DNA of 64,000 nt from Squalus acanthias (taxonomy: Eukaryota). The notes under the pieces are model-generated. The model was not told the origin of the DNA. It saw only the letters and a list, made by a program, of their open reading frames with translations, and did not search any database. Position 1 is the first letter of the stretch. Each line of letters starts with the position of its first letter. Shown here piece by piece: positions 13,401 through 25,619 of this stretch. The position numbers and the translations under genes are program-made. The DNA is taken from the NCBI GenBank assembly GCA_030390025.1, contig CM059432.1:90398001-90462000 (forward strand). The letters are read 5' to 3'.

Positions 13401-13850
13401 GGTAGCAGGCCAGGTAGATAAGGTGGTTAAGAAGGCATACGGAATGCTTGCCTTTATTAGCCGTGACATAGAATACAAGAGCAGGGGGGGTTATGCTTCA
13501 ACTGTATATAAAACACTAATTAGGTCTCAGCTAGAGTACTGCGTGCAGTTCTGGTCACCACATTACAGGAAAGAGAGAATCTTAGCTATGAGGAAAGACT
13601 GGATAGGCTGGGTCTGTTTTCCTTGGAACAGAGGAGGCTGAGGGGAGACCTTATTGAGGTGTATAAAATTATATGGGGCATAGATAGAGTGGATAGAAAG
13701 GACCTATTTCCCTTAGCAGAGGGGTCAAAAACCAGGGGGCACAGATTTAAAGTAATTGGTGGAAGGTTTAGAGGGGATTTGAGGGGAAATTTCTTCACCC
13801 AGAGGGCGGTGGGGGTCTGGAACTCGCTGCCTGAAAGGGTGGTAGAGGCA
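10453..13850 (+). mobile_element. Near-full-length CR1 LINE (family A): ORF1 SGNH esterase (about 10470-11100), ORF2 APE+RT (about 11244-13850), frameshifted with internal deletions
   Basis: ORF1 VIGDSIVRG..VCCLPG..VVVHIGTND; ORF2 YFNARSI, YRPPN, VGDFNYP, SDHN, KFADDTK; SGVPQG segment deleted near 13085. Confidence 0.93.
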
Positions 13851-13879
13851 GGAATTGCACAGTTGCCAATCACTTACAC

Positions 13880-13946
13880 AGCTTAGGGATAGGCAATAAA
13901 TGCTGGCCTTGCCAGCGACACCCACATCCATGAATGAATAAAAAAG
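13880..13946 (+). mobile_element. Short 3' tail of CR1-group family B LINE
   Basis: ttagggataggcaataaatgctggccttgccagcgacacccacatccatgaatgaataaaaaa, same tail as at about 20230-20290, 27245-27320 and 58835-58900. Confidence 0.75.
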
Positions 13947-14189
13947 GTACAACCTTCTGCCCAGTGGAAAAACGGATCCACTTTCAATTATAAAATTCCA
14001 CAAATATTTTCATTTATTTTATGTATTACACAAATTGCTCCATGCAATTAAATCGAATATATGTATTATATAAAATATTTGCTCTGCAGAGGCTTATGTA
14101 GGAAGATGAGTCACAGGATGCACTATTTTATAACCATATCAATAAAGTGTGACAATGGGGTATTACAGGATGTAATTGTGAACGGAAAG

Positions 14190-14760
14190 TATGTGCTGTA
14201 TGCAAGACTTTGGACTAGTAGATCTTTCATCGTGGTTTCAAAAGTGACATGCAGTTTTTCCACCACTGGCAAACTGGTGAAGATAAAGAACAGGGACTAG
14301 TATGGAAGGAGACGTGGAGCCGAGAATGGGTGAATGGCTAGTGACCAGATGCCTGAAATTGGATGAGGCCAGCAGGAGGGGGTGGTATCCCTATCGGGTG
14401 CCTGAACAAGAGCATGGAAATAACGGGCGATTGGGTGTGTACGGACAGCTGGAGGCAACGAAGCTATTGAGCAGGGAGGGTGAGCCCAACGGGGTGCCCA
14501 AACAGGGACCAGGGTGAGAGGCGCTGATTAAGAGCGATTGACTGGGGGCCAGATGTCGGAGACCTGCAGGAGGGGGTCGGCAGCCAGAGGCTGAAGTGCT
14601 CTGAGCATTTTCAAAAGTAAAGTACTGGTTTTCTGGTTGTGACCAGGGAGTGAAGTAAGTGAGCTTGTGGGGCAGCAGAACAGGTCCAAGGATGAGTGGG
14701 GAACTGTGCTTGATGTGGGATAGAGGTTTGAGTGAAGAGAAGTGGGTGGGATTTTAAATG
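14190..14760 (-). mobile_element. Old L2-like LINE fragment
   Basis: Purine-rich segment resembling the other minus-strand L2 remnants (gggattttaaat...); heavily decayed. Confidence 0.4.
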
Positions 14761-15147
14761 CTAAATTTATAATATTCAAGACTAAAATATACATATTGGA
14801 GTAATTTTTTTTAAAACTCTGACCAGCAGAAAATGCACTTGAAGGTTGGGTGTAAAAACATAATGGTGGGCAAACCCTAATGGTGGGCAAACCAGGATAA
14901 TGTGTGCAACCTAAAATTTTTGACAGTTTTACCATTATAAAATGTTGATGTAAGGTTTTTCTATTATAAAATGTTGATAAAAGGATTTGCACTCAGCTCT
15001 TTTATGGTGTTGAAAATTAAAGTTAAAAATCTCTCCTCTGAATCATTATGGATGTAAAGGAAATGTTCATGTAAAAACTTGGAACTGTAAGCAATGGGCT
15101 TTTGAGCATTTTTTGAGATAATTTCATTTTAATGCCCTCCTCCCTCT

Positions 15148-15365
15148 CCCTGGGCCAATATTTATTCTCTCAACCCACATGATTAAAACCGGATTATCTG
15201 GTTATTTATCTTATTGCTATTTGTGGGACCTTGCTCTGCAAATTGGCTGCCATGTTTCCCTGCTTTACAACAGTAACTGCACTTTAAAAGTACTTCATTG
15301 CCTGTAAAGCGCTTTGGATGTCCTGAGGGGACACAGTGCTATATAAATGCAAATTCTATCTGTCT
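15148..15365 (+). mobile_element. Deu-domain SINE 3' half
   Basis: gccaatatttattctctcaacc...ttatctggtt...aaagcgctttgg...gctatataaatgcaa. Confidence 0.75.
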
Positions 15366-15829
15366 TCACTCTGCACAATTTGGGCACTGTTTTCCCACAA
15401 TTCTCGTAAAATACTTTGAAATTTTTTTCTTCTTTAGGAAATGTTAAGCTTTAGTTACTAAGAGTTTGAAATAAATAAATTAAAAAATGACATACTTCAC
15501 AACGTGAATAAATGTATCCATTTAATTGTCTGTTGTTTCTTTTAATGCTTTCATTAAAGTTTTCACTTGTCGGCCTCCGCTTTTCCCAAAAGCTTGGGAT
15601 TAGAGTTGATATTTTTGCTTAGATCTGTGACTTTTGTGAGCTGAAGTTGGCCAACTTTGCCAATGAAATACGTTTCTTCAATTTTCTGCTCCTAAGTAGC
15701 TGTACTTCAAATCATTTTAAAAAGCAAGGGGACAAAATTGAAAAGCGTGAGATAAAATTAAGATTGCCTTTTTGAGTATGTGTCTAACGAAAATGAGAAA
15801 AATAGAACTGCAGAAAATGTATTAAGCTG

Positions 15830-16330
15830 ACTGGGAGAGGAGGTGAGAGAGAAGAAGTGTGGGGGTGGGTGGAGTTGTGGGGAGAGGGGGTGGGTGGAAT
15901 TGTGGGGCGAATGGGTGGGAGGAGTTGTGGGGTGAGGGGGTGGGAGGAGGGGTGTGTGTGTATAAAAAGTGACAGTTGTGAGGGTTACAAGAGAGGGAGA
16001 GGTTTGAGGCAGAGAGGGAACAGGGATTGAGAGAAGGTTGAGAAAGAAGGGGGGGTGGGGTTGAGAGAGATGAAGGGTTGGGGGAAGTTGAGAGAGTGAG
16101 GATTGAAGTTGGGAAAGGGTGTACGAGTGAGATAGATGCGTTTTAGATGAAAAGGGGGTTTGAGAGAGTAGAAGGGGATTTGATAGTGAGAGTGGGTAGC
16201 GAGAGAGCTGGGAGTTGAGCGAGGGGGCTGAGAGCATGGCGAGAAAGATGGTTGAAAAGAATGGAGAATGGGTTATTGAGCGTGAGTGCAAGAGTAGGAG
16301 GGCTGGAGAGTTGAGAGCGAGTGTTGAGAA
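15830..16330. repeat. G/A-rich low-complexity tract
   Basis: Degenerate (GAGA/GGGT)n composition; generates spurious Ser/Pro/Leu ORF 15758..16291. Confidence 0.8.
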
Positions 16331-16419
16331 ACAATGGGGTGTAAATACAGCATGACCAGTTTACATACACTGTACCCATTATAACTGGATTGAGGAATTT
16401 ATAATGAAAATCTAAAAAT

Positions 16420-19400
16420 ACTGACCTGAAGGACACAGCTGCTAGACTGGGCATAAGGCATGTGGTGAGAGAACCAACACGAGGAAGAAAGCTACTTGAC
16501 CTGATCCTCACCAATCTACTTGTTGGAGATGTATCTGTCCATGACAGTATTGGTAGGAGTGACCACCGCACAGTCCTTGTGGAGACGAAGTCCCAACTTT
16601 GCACTGAGGACACCCTCCATCATGTTGTGTGATGAGACAGTGCGAAATCAAATAGATTCGGAACTGATCTAGCAGCTCAAAATGGGGCATCCATGAGGCG
16701 CTGTGGGCCATCAGCAGCAGCAGAATTGTATTCCACCACAATCTGCAACCTCATGGCCCAGCACATTTCTCTGCCATTACCATCAAGCCAAGGGACCAAC
16801 CCTGGTTCAATACGGAGTGTAGAAGAGCATGCCAGGAGTAGCACCAGGCGTATCTGAAAATGAGGTGCCCACCTGGTGAAGCTACAACACAGGACTACAT
16901 GCATGCTTAGCAGCATGCTATCGACTGAGCCAAGCGATCCCACAACCAACAGATCAGATCAAAGCTCTGCAGTTCTGCCATAGCCAGTCATGAATGGTGG
17001 TGGACAATTAAACAACTAACCGGAGAAGGAGGCTCCATGAACATCCTCATCCTCAACGATGGCAAAGCCCAGCACGTGAGTGCAAAAGGAAAGGGTGAAG
17101 CGTTCGCAACCATCTTCAGCCAGAAGTGCCGAGTGGATGATCCATCTCTCCTTCCTCACCATCAGATGCCAATCTTCAGCCAATTCTATTCACTCCACTT
17201 GATGTCAAGAAATGGCTGAGCGTGCTGGATATAGCAAAGGCTATGGGCCCTGACCATATCCTGGCTGTAATGCTGAAGACTTGTGCTCCAGAACTAGCTG
17301 CGCCTCTAGCCAAGCTTCTCCATAACACTGGCATCTACCCGACAATGTGGAAACCTGCCCAGGTATGTCCTGTCCACAAAAAGTAGGACAAATCCAATCT
17401 GACCAAAAACTGCTATCCGCCCACTCTTCATCATCAGCACAGTGATGGAAGGTGTCGTCGACAGTGCTATCAAGCGTCAATTACTTAACAATAACCTGCT
17501 CACCGATTCTCTGTTTGGGTTCCGCCAGGACTACTTGGCTCCAGACCTCATTACAGCCTTGGTCCAAACATAGACAAAAGAGCTGAATTCCAGAGGTGAG
17601 GTGAGAGGGAGTGTGGCACCAAGAAGCCCGAGTAAAATTGAAGTCATTGTAAACCAGAGGGAAAGCTCTCCACTGGTTGGAGTCATACCTAGCAGAAAGG
17701 AAGATGGTTGTGGTAGTTGGAGGCCAATCACCTCAGCCCCAGGAATACATAAGAACATAAGACGTAGGAGCAGGAGTAGGTCATTTGGCCCCTTGAGCCT
17801 GCTCTGCCATTCAATAAGATCATGGCTGATCTGATCTTGGCCTCAACTCCACTTCCCTGCACGCTCCCCATAACCCTTGACTCCCTTATCGTTTAAAAAT
17901 CTGTCTATCTCCACCTTGAATATATTCAATGACCCGGCCTCCACAGCTCTCTGGGGAAGAGAATTCCAAAGATTCACGACCCTCCGAGAAGAAATTCCTT
18001 ATTCTGAAATTATGGCCCCGAGTTCTAGATACCCCCACGAGGGGAAACATCCTCTCTGCATCTACCCTGTCAAGCCTCTTCAGAATCTTATGTTTCAATA
18101 AGATCCCCTCTCATTCTTCTAAACTCCAATGAGTATAGGCCCAACCTGCTCAACCTTTCTTCATAAGACAACCCCTTCATCTCCGGAATCAACCTCGTGA
18201 ACCTTCTCTGAACTGCCTCCAATGCAAGTATATCCTTCCTTAAATAAGGAGACCAAAACTGTACGCAGTACTCTAGGTGTGGTCTCACCAACGCCCTGTA
18301 CAGTTGTAACAGTACTTCCCTACTTTTATACTCTATTCCCTTTGCAATAAAGGTCAACATACCATTTGCCTTCCTAATTACTTGCTGTACCTGCATGCTA
18401 ACTTTTTGTGATTCATGTACAAGAACCCCCAGATCCCTCGGTACCTCAGCATTTTGTAATCTCCCCATTTAAATAATTTGCTTTTTTATTTTTCCTACCA
18501 AAGTGGATAACCTCGCATTTTCCCATATTAAACTCCATCTGCCAGATTTTTGCCCACTCACCTTAGCCTATCTATATCCCTTTGGAGATTCTTTGCGTCC
18601 TCTACACAATTTGCTTTCCCACCTATCTTTGTATCATCAGCAAATTTGGCTACATTACACTCAGTCCCTTCATCCAAGTCATTAATATAAGTTGTAAATA
18701 GTTGAGGCCCCAGCACTGATCCCTGCGGCACCCCACTAGTTACCGTTTGCCAACCTGAAAATGACCCATTTATCCCGACTTTCTGTTAGTTAGCCAATCC
18801 TCTATCCATGCTAATATATTGCCCCCAACCCCGTGAGCTCTTAACTTGTGTCGTAACCTTTTATGTGGCACCTTATCGAATACCTTCTGGAAATCCAAAT
18901 ACACGACATCTACTGGTTCCCCTTTATCCACCCTGCTCATTACATCCTCAAAGAACTCCAGCAATTTTGTCAAACATGATTTCCCTTTCATAAAACCATG
19001 CTGACTCTGCTTGACTATATTATGATTTTCTAAATGTCCTGCTATCACTTCCTTAATGAAGGACTCCAGCATTTTTCCAATGACAGATGTTAGGCTAACT
19101 GGTCGATAGTTGCCTGCTTTCTGTCTCCCTCCTTTCTTAAATAGGGGCGTTACATTTGCGGTTTTCCAATCCGCTGGGACCTCTCCAGAATCCAGAGAAT
19201 TTTGGTAGATTACAACCAATGTATCCACTATCTCTGCAGCCACCTCTTTTAAGACTCAAGGATGCAGGCCATCGGGTCCAGGGGACTTGTCCGCCTTTCG
19301 TTCCATTAGTTTGCCTAGTACTTTTTCTCTAGTGATTGTTTTAAGTCTCCTCCCCCCCCCCCACTGCAGGAGTTCCTCAGGGCAGTGTAGGCCCAACCAT

Positions 19401-20295
19401 CTTCAGCTGCTTCATCAATGACCTTCCCTCCATCATAATGTCAGAAGTGGGGATGTTCACTGATAATTGGACAGTATTCAGTTCCATTTGCCATTCCTCA
19501 GATAATGAAGCTGTTTGTCCCTGCATTCAGCAAGACCTGTACAACATCCAGGCTTGGGCTGATCAGGGGCAAGTAACACGAGACAGTCTAACTACCTTCC
19601 ATGCCATTAAATGGCATTACCATCGTTAAATCCCCCACCATTAACATCCTGTGGGTCACCATTGACCAGAAACTTAACTGGACCAGCCACATAAATACTG
19701 TGGTGACCGAGCAGGTCAGAGGCTGGGTATTCTGCATCGAGTGACTCGCCTCCTGACTCCCCAAAGCCTCCCCATCACCTACAAGGCACAAGTTAGGAGT
19801 GTGATGGAATACTATCCACTTGCCTGGATGAGTGCAGTTCCAACAACACTCAAGAAGGTTGACGCCATCCAGGACAAAACAGTCTGCGTGATCACCACCT
19901 TAATTAGTCACTCCTTCCACCACCACGTAACATGGCTGCAGTGTGTACCACATCTACAAGATGCACTGCAGCAACTCGCCAAGGCTTCTTTGACAGCACC
20001 TCCGAAACAGACGACCTCTACCACCTAGAAGGACAAGAACAGCACGCTATTGGGAACACCACCACCTCCAAGTTCCCCACCATCCTGACTTGGAAATATA
20101 TGAAGCTGTTTCTTCATCGTCTCTGGGTGAAAATCCTGGAACTCCCACCTAGAGCATTGTTGGCAGTGCCTTCAGCACAAGGACTGTAGCGTTTCAAGAA
20201 GGCGGCTCACTACCACATTCTCGAGGGCAATTAGGGATAAAGAATAAATGCTGGCCTTGCCAGTGACGCCCACATCTAGTGAATGAGCAAATTAA
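16420..20295 (+). mobile_element. CR1-group LINE family B, split by a family A insertion at 17744-19362
   Basis: Continuous ...cagccccagga | actgcaggagttcctcagggcagtg (GVPQGS) across the insertion; LTPQSL..YKAQVRSVMEY..LAWM motif; family B tail at about 20230-20290. Confidence 0.88.
17744..19362 (-). mobile_element. 5'-truncated CR1 LINE (family A)
   Basis: Minus ORFs 18770..19243 and 18088..18468 with RT motifs; (ataagaac)n tail at the left end. Confidence 0.92.
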
Positions 20296-21225
20296 AGAAA
20301 CACACACACACAATGTGGAAAATTGGGAACAAATTTGCAGGAGGGAGCTATTGAGCAAAGAATAGCATTCTGGGGCTACAGAATTTGATGATGTAGTACC
20401 ATTAAGGCCAGTTTTGTTGAAAAAAATGGTAGTGTCTCGCTTCCGGCACGGAACACGCCGACTGCCATTTTGGAGAGTTCAGCGCTGCCATTGCCTGCGC
20501 TCGCCTCTTCCATGTGAATATGCAGATTGTGACTTCAATCGGTGTACAAAGCCTGAATTGACACACAACTGTAATTTTGGACATCGCCACACTCCATACC
20601 GCCGTATCTTAACCATGCACGGAAGAACGTGCGTGCAGCAGTTGTAAAGAGATGCTGTCAGCGTTTCTTAAAGGAACGCACACATCTTTCAGGTAAGTTT
20701 CGATTTCAGCTTTTGGAGTGGTTTATTTTTATTTTATTGGAGTAGTGGCTTGTTGCAATACATTTTAAAAAGTTGTTACTGTGCAGGGAGTGCTGCTGGA
20801 TGTATGCAAGGCTTTGGATGTTAGTGAGGCCTCTGAGAAGACCACTTGCTCGCATTCCTGGGGGCTCTAGTTGCAGTCCCCCTTGGGATGCAACATCACA
20901 TTGAGATGAAGCAGAGGCAGAAAAGGGGACAAACTGCTCTGAGGGAAGAGGAGGAAGCGGCAGGAAAGAGGCAACCCAGACGGCCCCTTTCTGGCCGGGA
21001 TATCCAGGATCAAATTATCTGCATGTGGTACCAGCACCCACAACCCCCCCCCCACAATTCCCCTTTCAACATTTGTCCCACACATCCCTTTCCTCTGTTA
21101 TTGACAATCACAGTGTCATCTTGGCCACAATGCTGAAATGAAAGCCACCACAAAAGAAGCTTTCCAATCCAACTTTATCCATATATGCATCCAATACGAC
21201 ATCAAGAAATCAACTAATCACCCTT

Positions 21226-21369
21226 GTGCATTCCCTTAGTTGACTGTCTTGCGTGTACTTTTGCCTATCCTAGTGCTCTTACGCAGTGCTACCTCAGTGC
21301 ATTCCCTTAGTGACTGTCTTGCGTGTGCTTTTGACTATCCTAGTGCTCTTACGCAGTGCTACCTCAGTG
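21226..21369 (+). repeat. Tandem duplication of a ~70-bp unit inside the Harbinger derivative
   Basis: gtgcattcccttag(t)tgactgtcttgcgtgt..ctacctca occurs at 21226 and 21297. Confidence 0.9.
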
Positions 21370-21689
21370 GCTGCAGCATGGCTGGTGGAAGGCTGCTGAC
21401 TCTCCGTGGGGGACACTGCAGATGGCCTTGTAGGACAACCTCGAGGAACTGGTCGCTGGGAGTGTCAAATCGAGTGATGGTATTTCTTCGTCACTCTTCT
21501 TGGTCAACCACTGGCTGGGCAGGCTGGATTTCTTAGGTGTGTGAAATGAGGAAGGCACAAGAGTAGGGTTGTGGTGAGGGGAGGGAAAGCAAGAATGCAT
21601 GCTTACACCATGTGCATCTTGTACATCAGAAGATATTGTGGCATGAGGGGGAAGTGGGATGTGAGGAGAAGGATTACGTATGAGGATAC

Positions 21690-22155
21690 CAGCATCTTGC
21701 ATTCTTTTAGCCCCGCCACTGGCCGAGGGCTCAGCCATGGCCCACCAAGAATGGCCAGCACCGTCTCCTCCAAGGGGGTGAGGTGAAGCTAGGAATGTGA
21801 GGTGTGCCTCGTGTTTGGTAGAGATTGTTGGTAGGTGAGTGATGGGGGATATGATGCAATGAGCAGTGTATGAGGCTAGTGGTGCAGTTGGTAGGAGACG
21901 ACTTTTGAAGATGCATTCACTGACCTTGACCACTCGTCTGAGGTCATGAAACTTCTTTGGGCACTGGAGCCAGGTATGGGGGGACGAAACAGCTGGCAGT
22001 GACAGCCTCGGCGATCTAGTCCCACGCCCTTCTTTCTGGAGGGCCTCCTGGCCCCCTATGGGTAGAGGAGCTCTCTTCCAGTGTTGACCCCCTGTACAAA
22101 ATTGGAGTTCGGCGAGCGAGACGCTGGGTGCCCTTTCCCTGGCCTGTTGAGCCAT
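21690..22155 (-). pseudogene. Harbinger Myb/SANT-like DNA-binding protein gene remnant (NAIF1/MSANTD-type), frameshifted
   Basis: MAQQARERAP... and HTWLQCPKKFHDLRRVVK followed by a GTcagt donor at 21924; a downstream piece reads LEETVLAILG; fits the RT.QCRKKW/F.DL signature. Confidence 0.68.
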
Positions 22156-22761
22156 TTGAGTTGGCGCTGAAGCACTTTTACCATTTTTTACGTGCAGAAG
22201 GTAGATCAGCTTTAAGAGCTGAAGACTGCCTATTTTAGAATGATTTAATTTTTTTTTCAGAAGGCAGTTCACCTTTAAGGGCTCGAGACTGCTTTCAAAA
22301 TTACAGCCTTGCTTTAAGAATACGCAGCATTGCTATAGTGACGTGGCATTGGTTCTCCTGCTGAGTGCACAACCTGAAGCAGCACGTTCGTCGCTGGGCT
22401 GTGCTCTGAAATCATTCCAATCAGCAGTGAGCAAATCTCGCCCTGCGGTGCCACCACCCGTTTTTGGGCCTTATTGAATTTCACCCCTCGGGTCTTTCTA
22501 TTTCTCAAACTGTGGACTCTGGGTGTTTTACAGAAATTATTATTCTCAGGGCATAAATGTAAATGCAATAGCACACAAGTACTTTTAAATATCTCAGTAG
22601 ACATGACTATATTTTGCTTAGCTGCGATTTGGGGCCAGCTGGGGCAGTAACTCTTCAGCAACCAAAAGCCGCAAAATAAATATCTTGGCCAGGGTAGAAT
22701 AGTGTTTCTATATGCATCTTTCGACTAGTTTGAGTATACACATTCATGTATAAATAATAGG

Positions 22762-25321
22762 ACATGTAGAAACATAGAAGATAGGAGCCGGAGTAGGCCA
22801 TTCGGCCCCTCAAGCCTGTTCCGCCATTTAATGAGATCATGGCTGATCATCCAAATTCAGTACCCTGTCCCTGCTTTCTCCCCATATCCCTTGATCCCTT
22901 TAGCCTTAAGAAATATATCTAACTCCTTCTTGAATATATTTAATGAATTGGCCTCAACTGCCTTCTGTGGTAGAGAATTCCACAGGTTCACCACTCTCTG
23001 GGTGAAGAAATTCCTCATCTCAGTCCTAAATGGCTTACCCCTTATCCTTAGACTGTGACCCCTGGTTCTGGACTCCCCTGCCATCGGGAACATCCTTCCT
23101 GCATCTAGTCTGTCTAGTCCTGTTAGAATTTTATAAGTTTCAATGAGATCCCCTCTCATTCTTCTAAACTCTAGCGAATATAAGCCTAATCGACCCAATC
23201 TCTCTTCATACGTCATTCCTGCCATCTCAGGTATCAGTCTGGTGAATCTTAGCTGCACTCGCTCCATGGCAAGAACATCCTTCCTCAGATAAGGCGACCA
23301 AAACTGCACACAATACTCAAGTCTGTACAACTGCAGCAAGACATCCCTGCTCCTGTACTCGAATCCTCTCGCTATGAAGGCCAACATACCATTTGCCTTC
23401 TTAACCACCTGCATGCTTACCTTCAGCGACTGGTGCACAAGGACACCCAGGTCTCGTTGCACTTCCCCTTTTCCCAATCTATTGCCGTTCAGATAATTTG
23501 CCTTTCTGTTTTTGCCACCAAAGTGGCGAACCTCGCATTTATCCACATTATACTACATCTGCCCAATCACCCAACCTGTCCAAATCATACTGGAGTTTCT
23601 TTGCATCCTCCTCACAGCACACACACCCACCCAGCTTTGTGTCGTCTGGAAACTTGGAGATATTACATCTAGTTCCCTCGTGTGTGTGTATATATATATA
23701 TGAATAACTGGGGTCCGAGTACCGATCCCTGCGGTACCCCACTAGTCACTGCCTGCCACTCGGAAAAAGACCCGTTTATTCCAACTCTTTGCTTCATGTC
23801 TACCAACCAGTTTTCTATCCAAGTCAGTACCTTACCCCATCCCATGTGCTTTAACTTTGCACGCTAATCTCTTATGTGGGACCTTATCGAAAGCCTTCTG
23901 AAAGTCCAAATACACCACATCCACTGGTTCTCCCTTATCTATTCTACCAGTTACATTCTCAAAAAATTCCAGTAGATTAGTCAGGCATGATTTACCTTTT
24001 GTAAATCCATGTTGACTTTTTCCGATCCTGTCCCTGTTTTCCAAGTGCTCTGCTATTACATCTTTTATAATGGACTCTAGCATTTTCCCCACTACTGATG
24101 TCAGGCTTACCGGTCTATAATTCCCCGTTTTCTCTCTACCACCTTTTTTAAATAGTGGGGTTACATTAGCTACCCTCCAATCCATGGGAACTGTTCCCGA
24201 GTCTATAGAATTTTGGAAGATGACCAGCAATGCATCTACTATTTCTGGGGCCACTTCCTTAAGTACACTAGGATGTAGATTATCAGGCCCTGGGGATTTA
24301 TCGGCCTTCAATCCCGTCAATTTCCCTAACACCATTTCCCTACAAATACTGATTTCATTCAGTTCTTCCCTCTCATTAGACCCTATGTTCCCCGACATCT
24401 CTGGGAGGTTATTTGTGTCCTCCTTTGTGAAGACAGAACCAAAGTATGTATTTAATTGGTCTGCCATTTCTTTGTTCCCCATTATAAATTCCCCTGATTC
24501 TGACTGCAAGGGACCTACGCTTGACTTCACCAATCTTTTTCTCTTCACATATCTATAGAAGCTTTTACAGTCAGGTTTTTATGTTCCTTGCAAGCTTACT
24601 CTCATACTCTATTTTCTCCCTCTTAATTAATCCCTTTGTCCTCCTTTGCTGAATCCTAAACTGCTCCCAATCCTCAAGTTTGCTGCTTTTTCTGGCCAAT
24701 TTATATGTCCTCTCCTTGGATCTTATGCTATCCCTAATTTCCCTTGTTAGCCACAGTTGAGTCACCTTTTTTGTTTTATTTTTATGCCAAACAGGGATGA
24801 ACAAATTCTGTAGTTCATCCATGTGATCTTTAAATGTTTGCCATTGCCGATCCACCGTCAACCCTTTAAGTAACGTTCCCCAATCCATCCTAGCCAACTC
24901 GCGCCTCATACCATTGAAGTTTCCTTTATTTAAATTCAGGACCCTAGTCTCTGAGTCAACTATTTCACTCTCCATCTTAATGAAGAATTCTATCATATTA
25001 TGATCGCTTCTCCCCAAGGGGCCTCGCACAACAAGATTGCTAATTAATCCTTTCTCATTACATAATACACAGTCTAAGATGGCCTGATCTCTAGTTGGTT
25101 CCTCGACATATTGGTCCAGGAAACCATCCCGTATACACTCTAGGAATTCCTCCTCCACAGTATTGTTACTAATTTGGTTAGCCCAATCTATATGTAGATT
25201 AAAGTCACCCATGATAACTGCTGTGCCCTTATTGCACGCATCTCTAATTTCCCGTTTAATGCCATCCCCAACCTCAGCATTACTGTTTGGGGGTCTGCAT
25301 ACAACCCCCACTAACGTTTTC
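22762..25321 (-). mobile_element. CR1 LINE (family A) ORF2, APE to 3' UTR
   Basis: Minus ORFs 24571..25368 (RPPN, GDFN, SDHN), 23832..24548 and 22857..23546. Confidence 0.93.
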
Positions 25322-25619
25322 ACAAATGATAATTTAAGCATCATTTTCAATAGGAGATAGAAAGACAAATCAAAAATTGCATTGTTTCAACTTTAATTGG
25401 GTTTCCCATTATGTTCATTTAATTCTGATAAATCTATTGCAAAATGAATATTTACAAAATTAAATACATTTCAGTACATACTCACTTTCTCTAAATACAG
25501 TAAATTGAATTTTTAGGGTTTTCAGATGGGGGCAGGAATAGGAGAAATTGGATTTAAACTAGGGCTATGCTTATAAATTTGAAAATAATACTTTTGCGGC
25601 CTTTTATGATTAAAAAAAA

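Larger units (their letters stand above)
20372..22487. mobile_element. Internally deleted PIF/Harbinger transposon carrying a Myb/SANT-like gene remnant
   Basis: Termini GGGGCT..GAATTT / GAATTTCACCCC; minus-strand Myb/SANT-like peptide; GC-rich subterminal sequence like the MITEs. Confidence 0.72.

Noticed and set aside
14861..14980. Short direct repeats (taatggtgggcaaacc x2; attataaaatgttgat x2) as an array
   Set aside because: Only two copies each; ordinary slippage duplications, as also at about 50952-51003
15758..16291. 177-aa Ser/Pro/Leu-rich ORF
   Set aside because: Translation of a low-complexity purine tract
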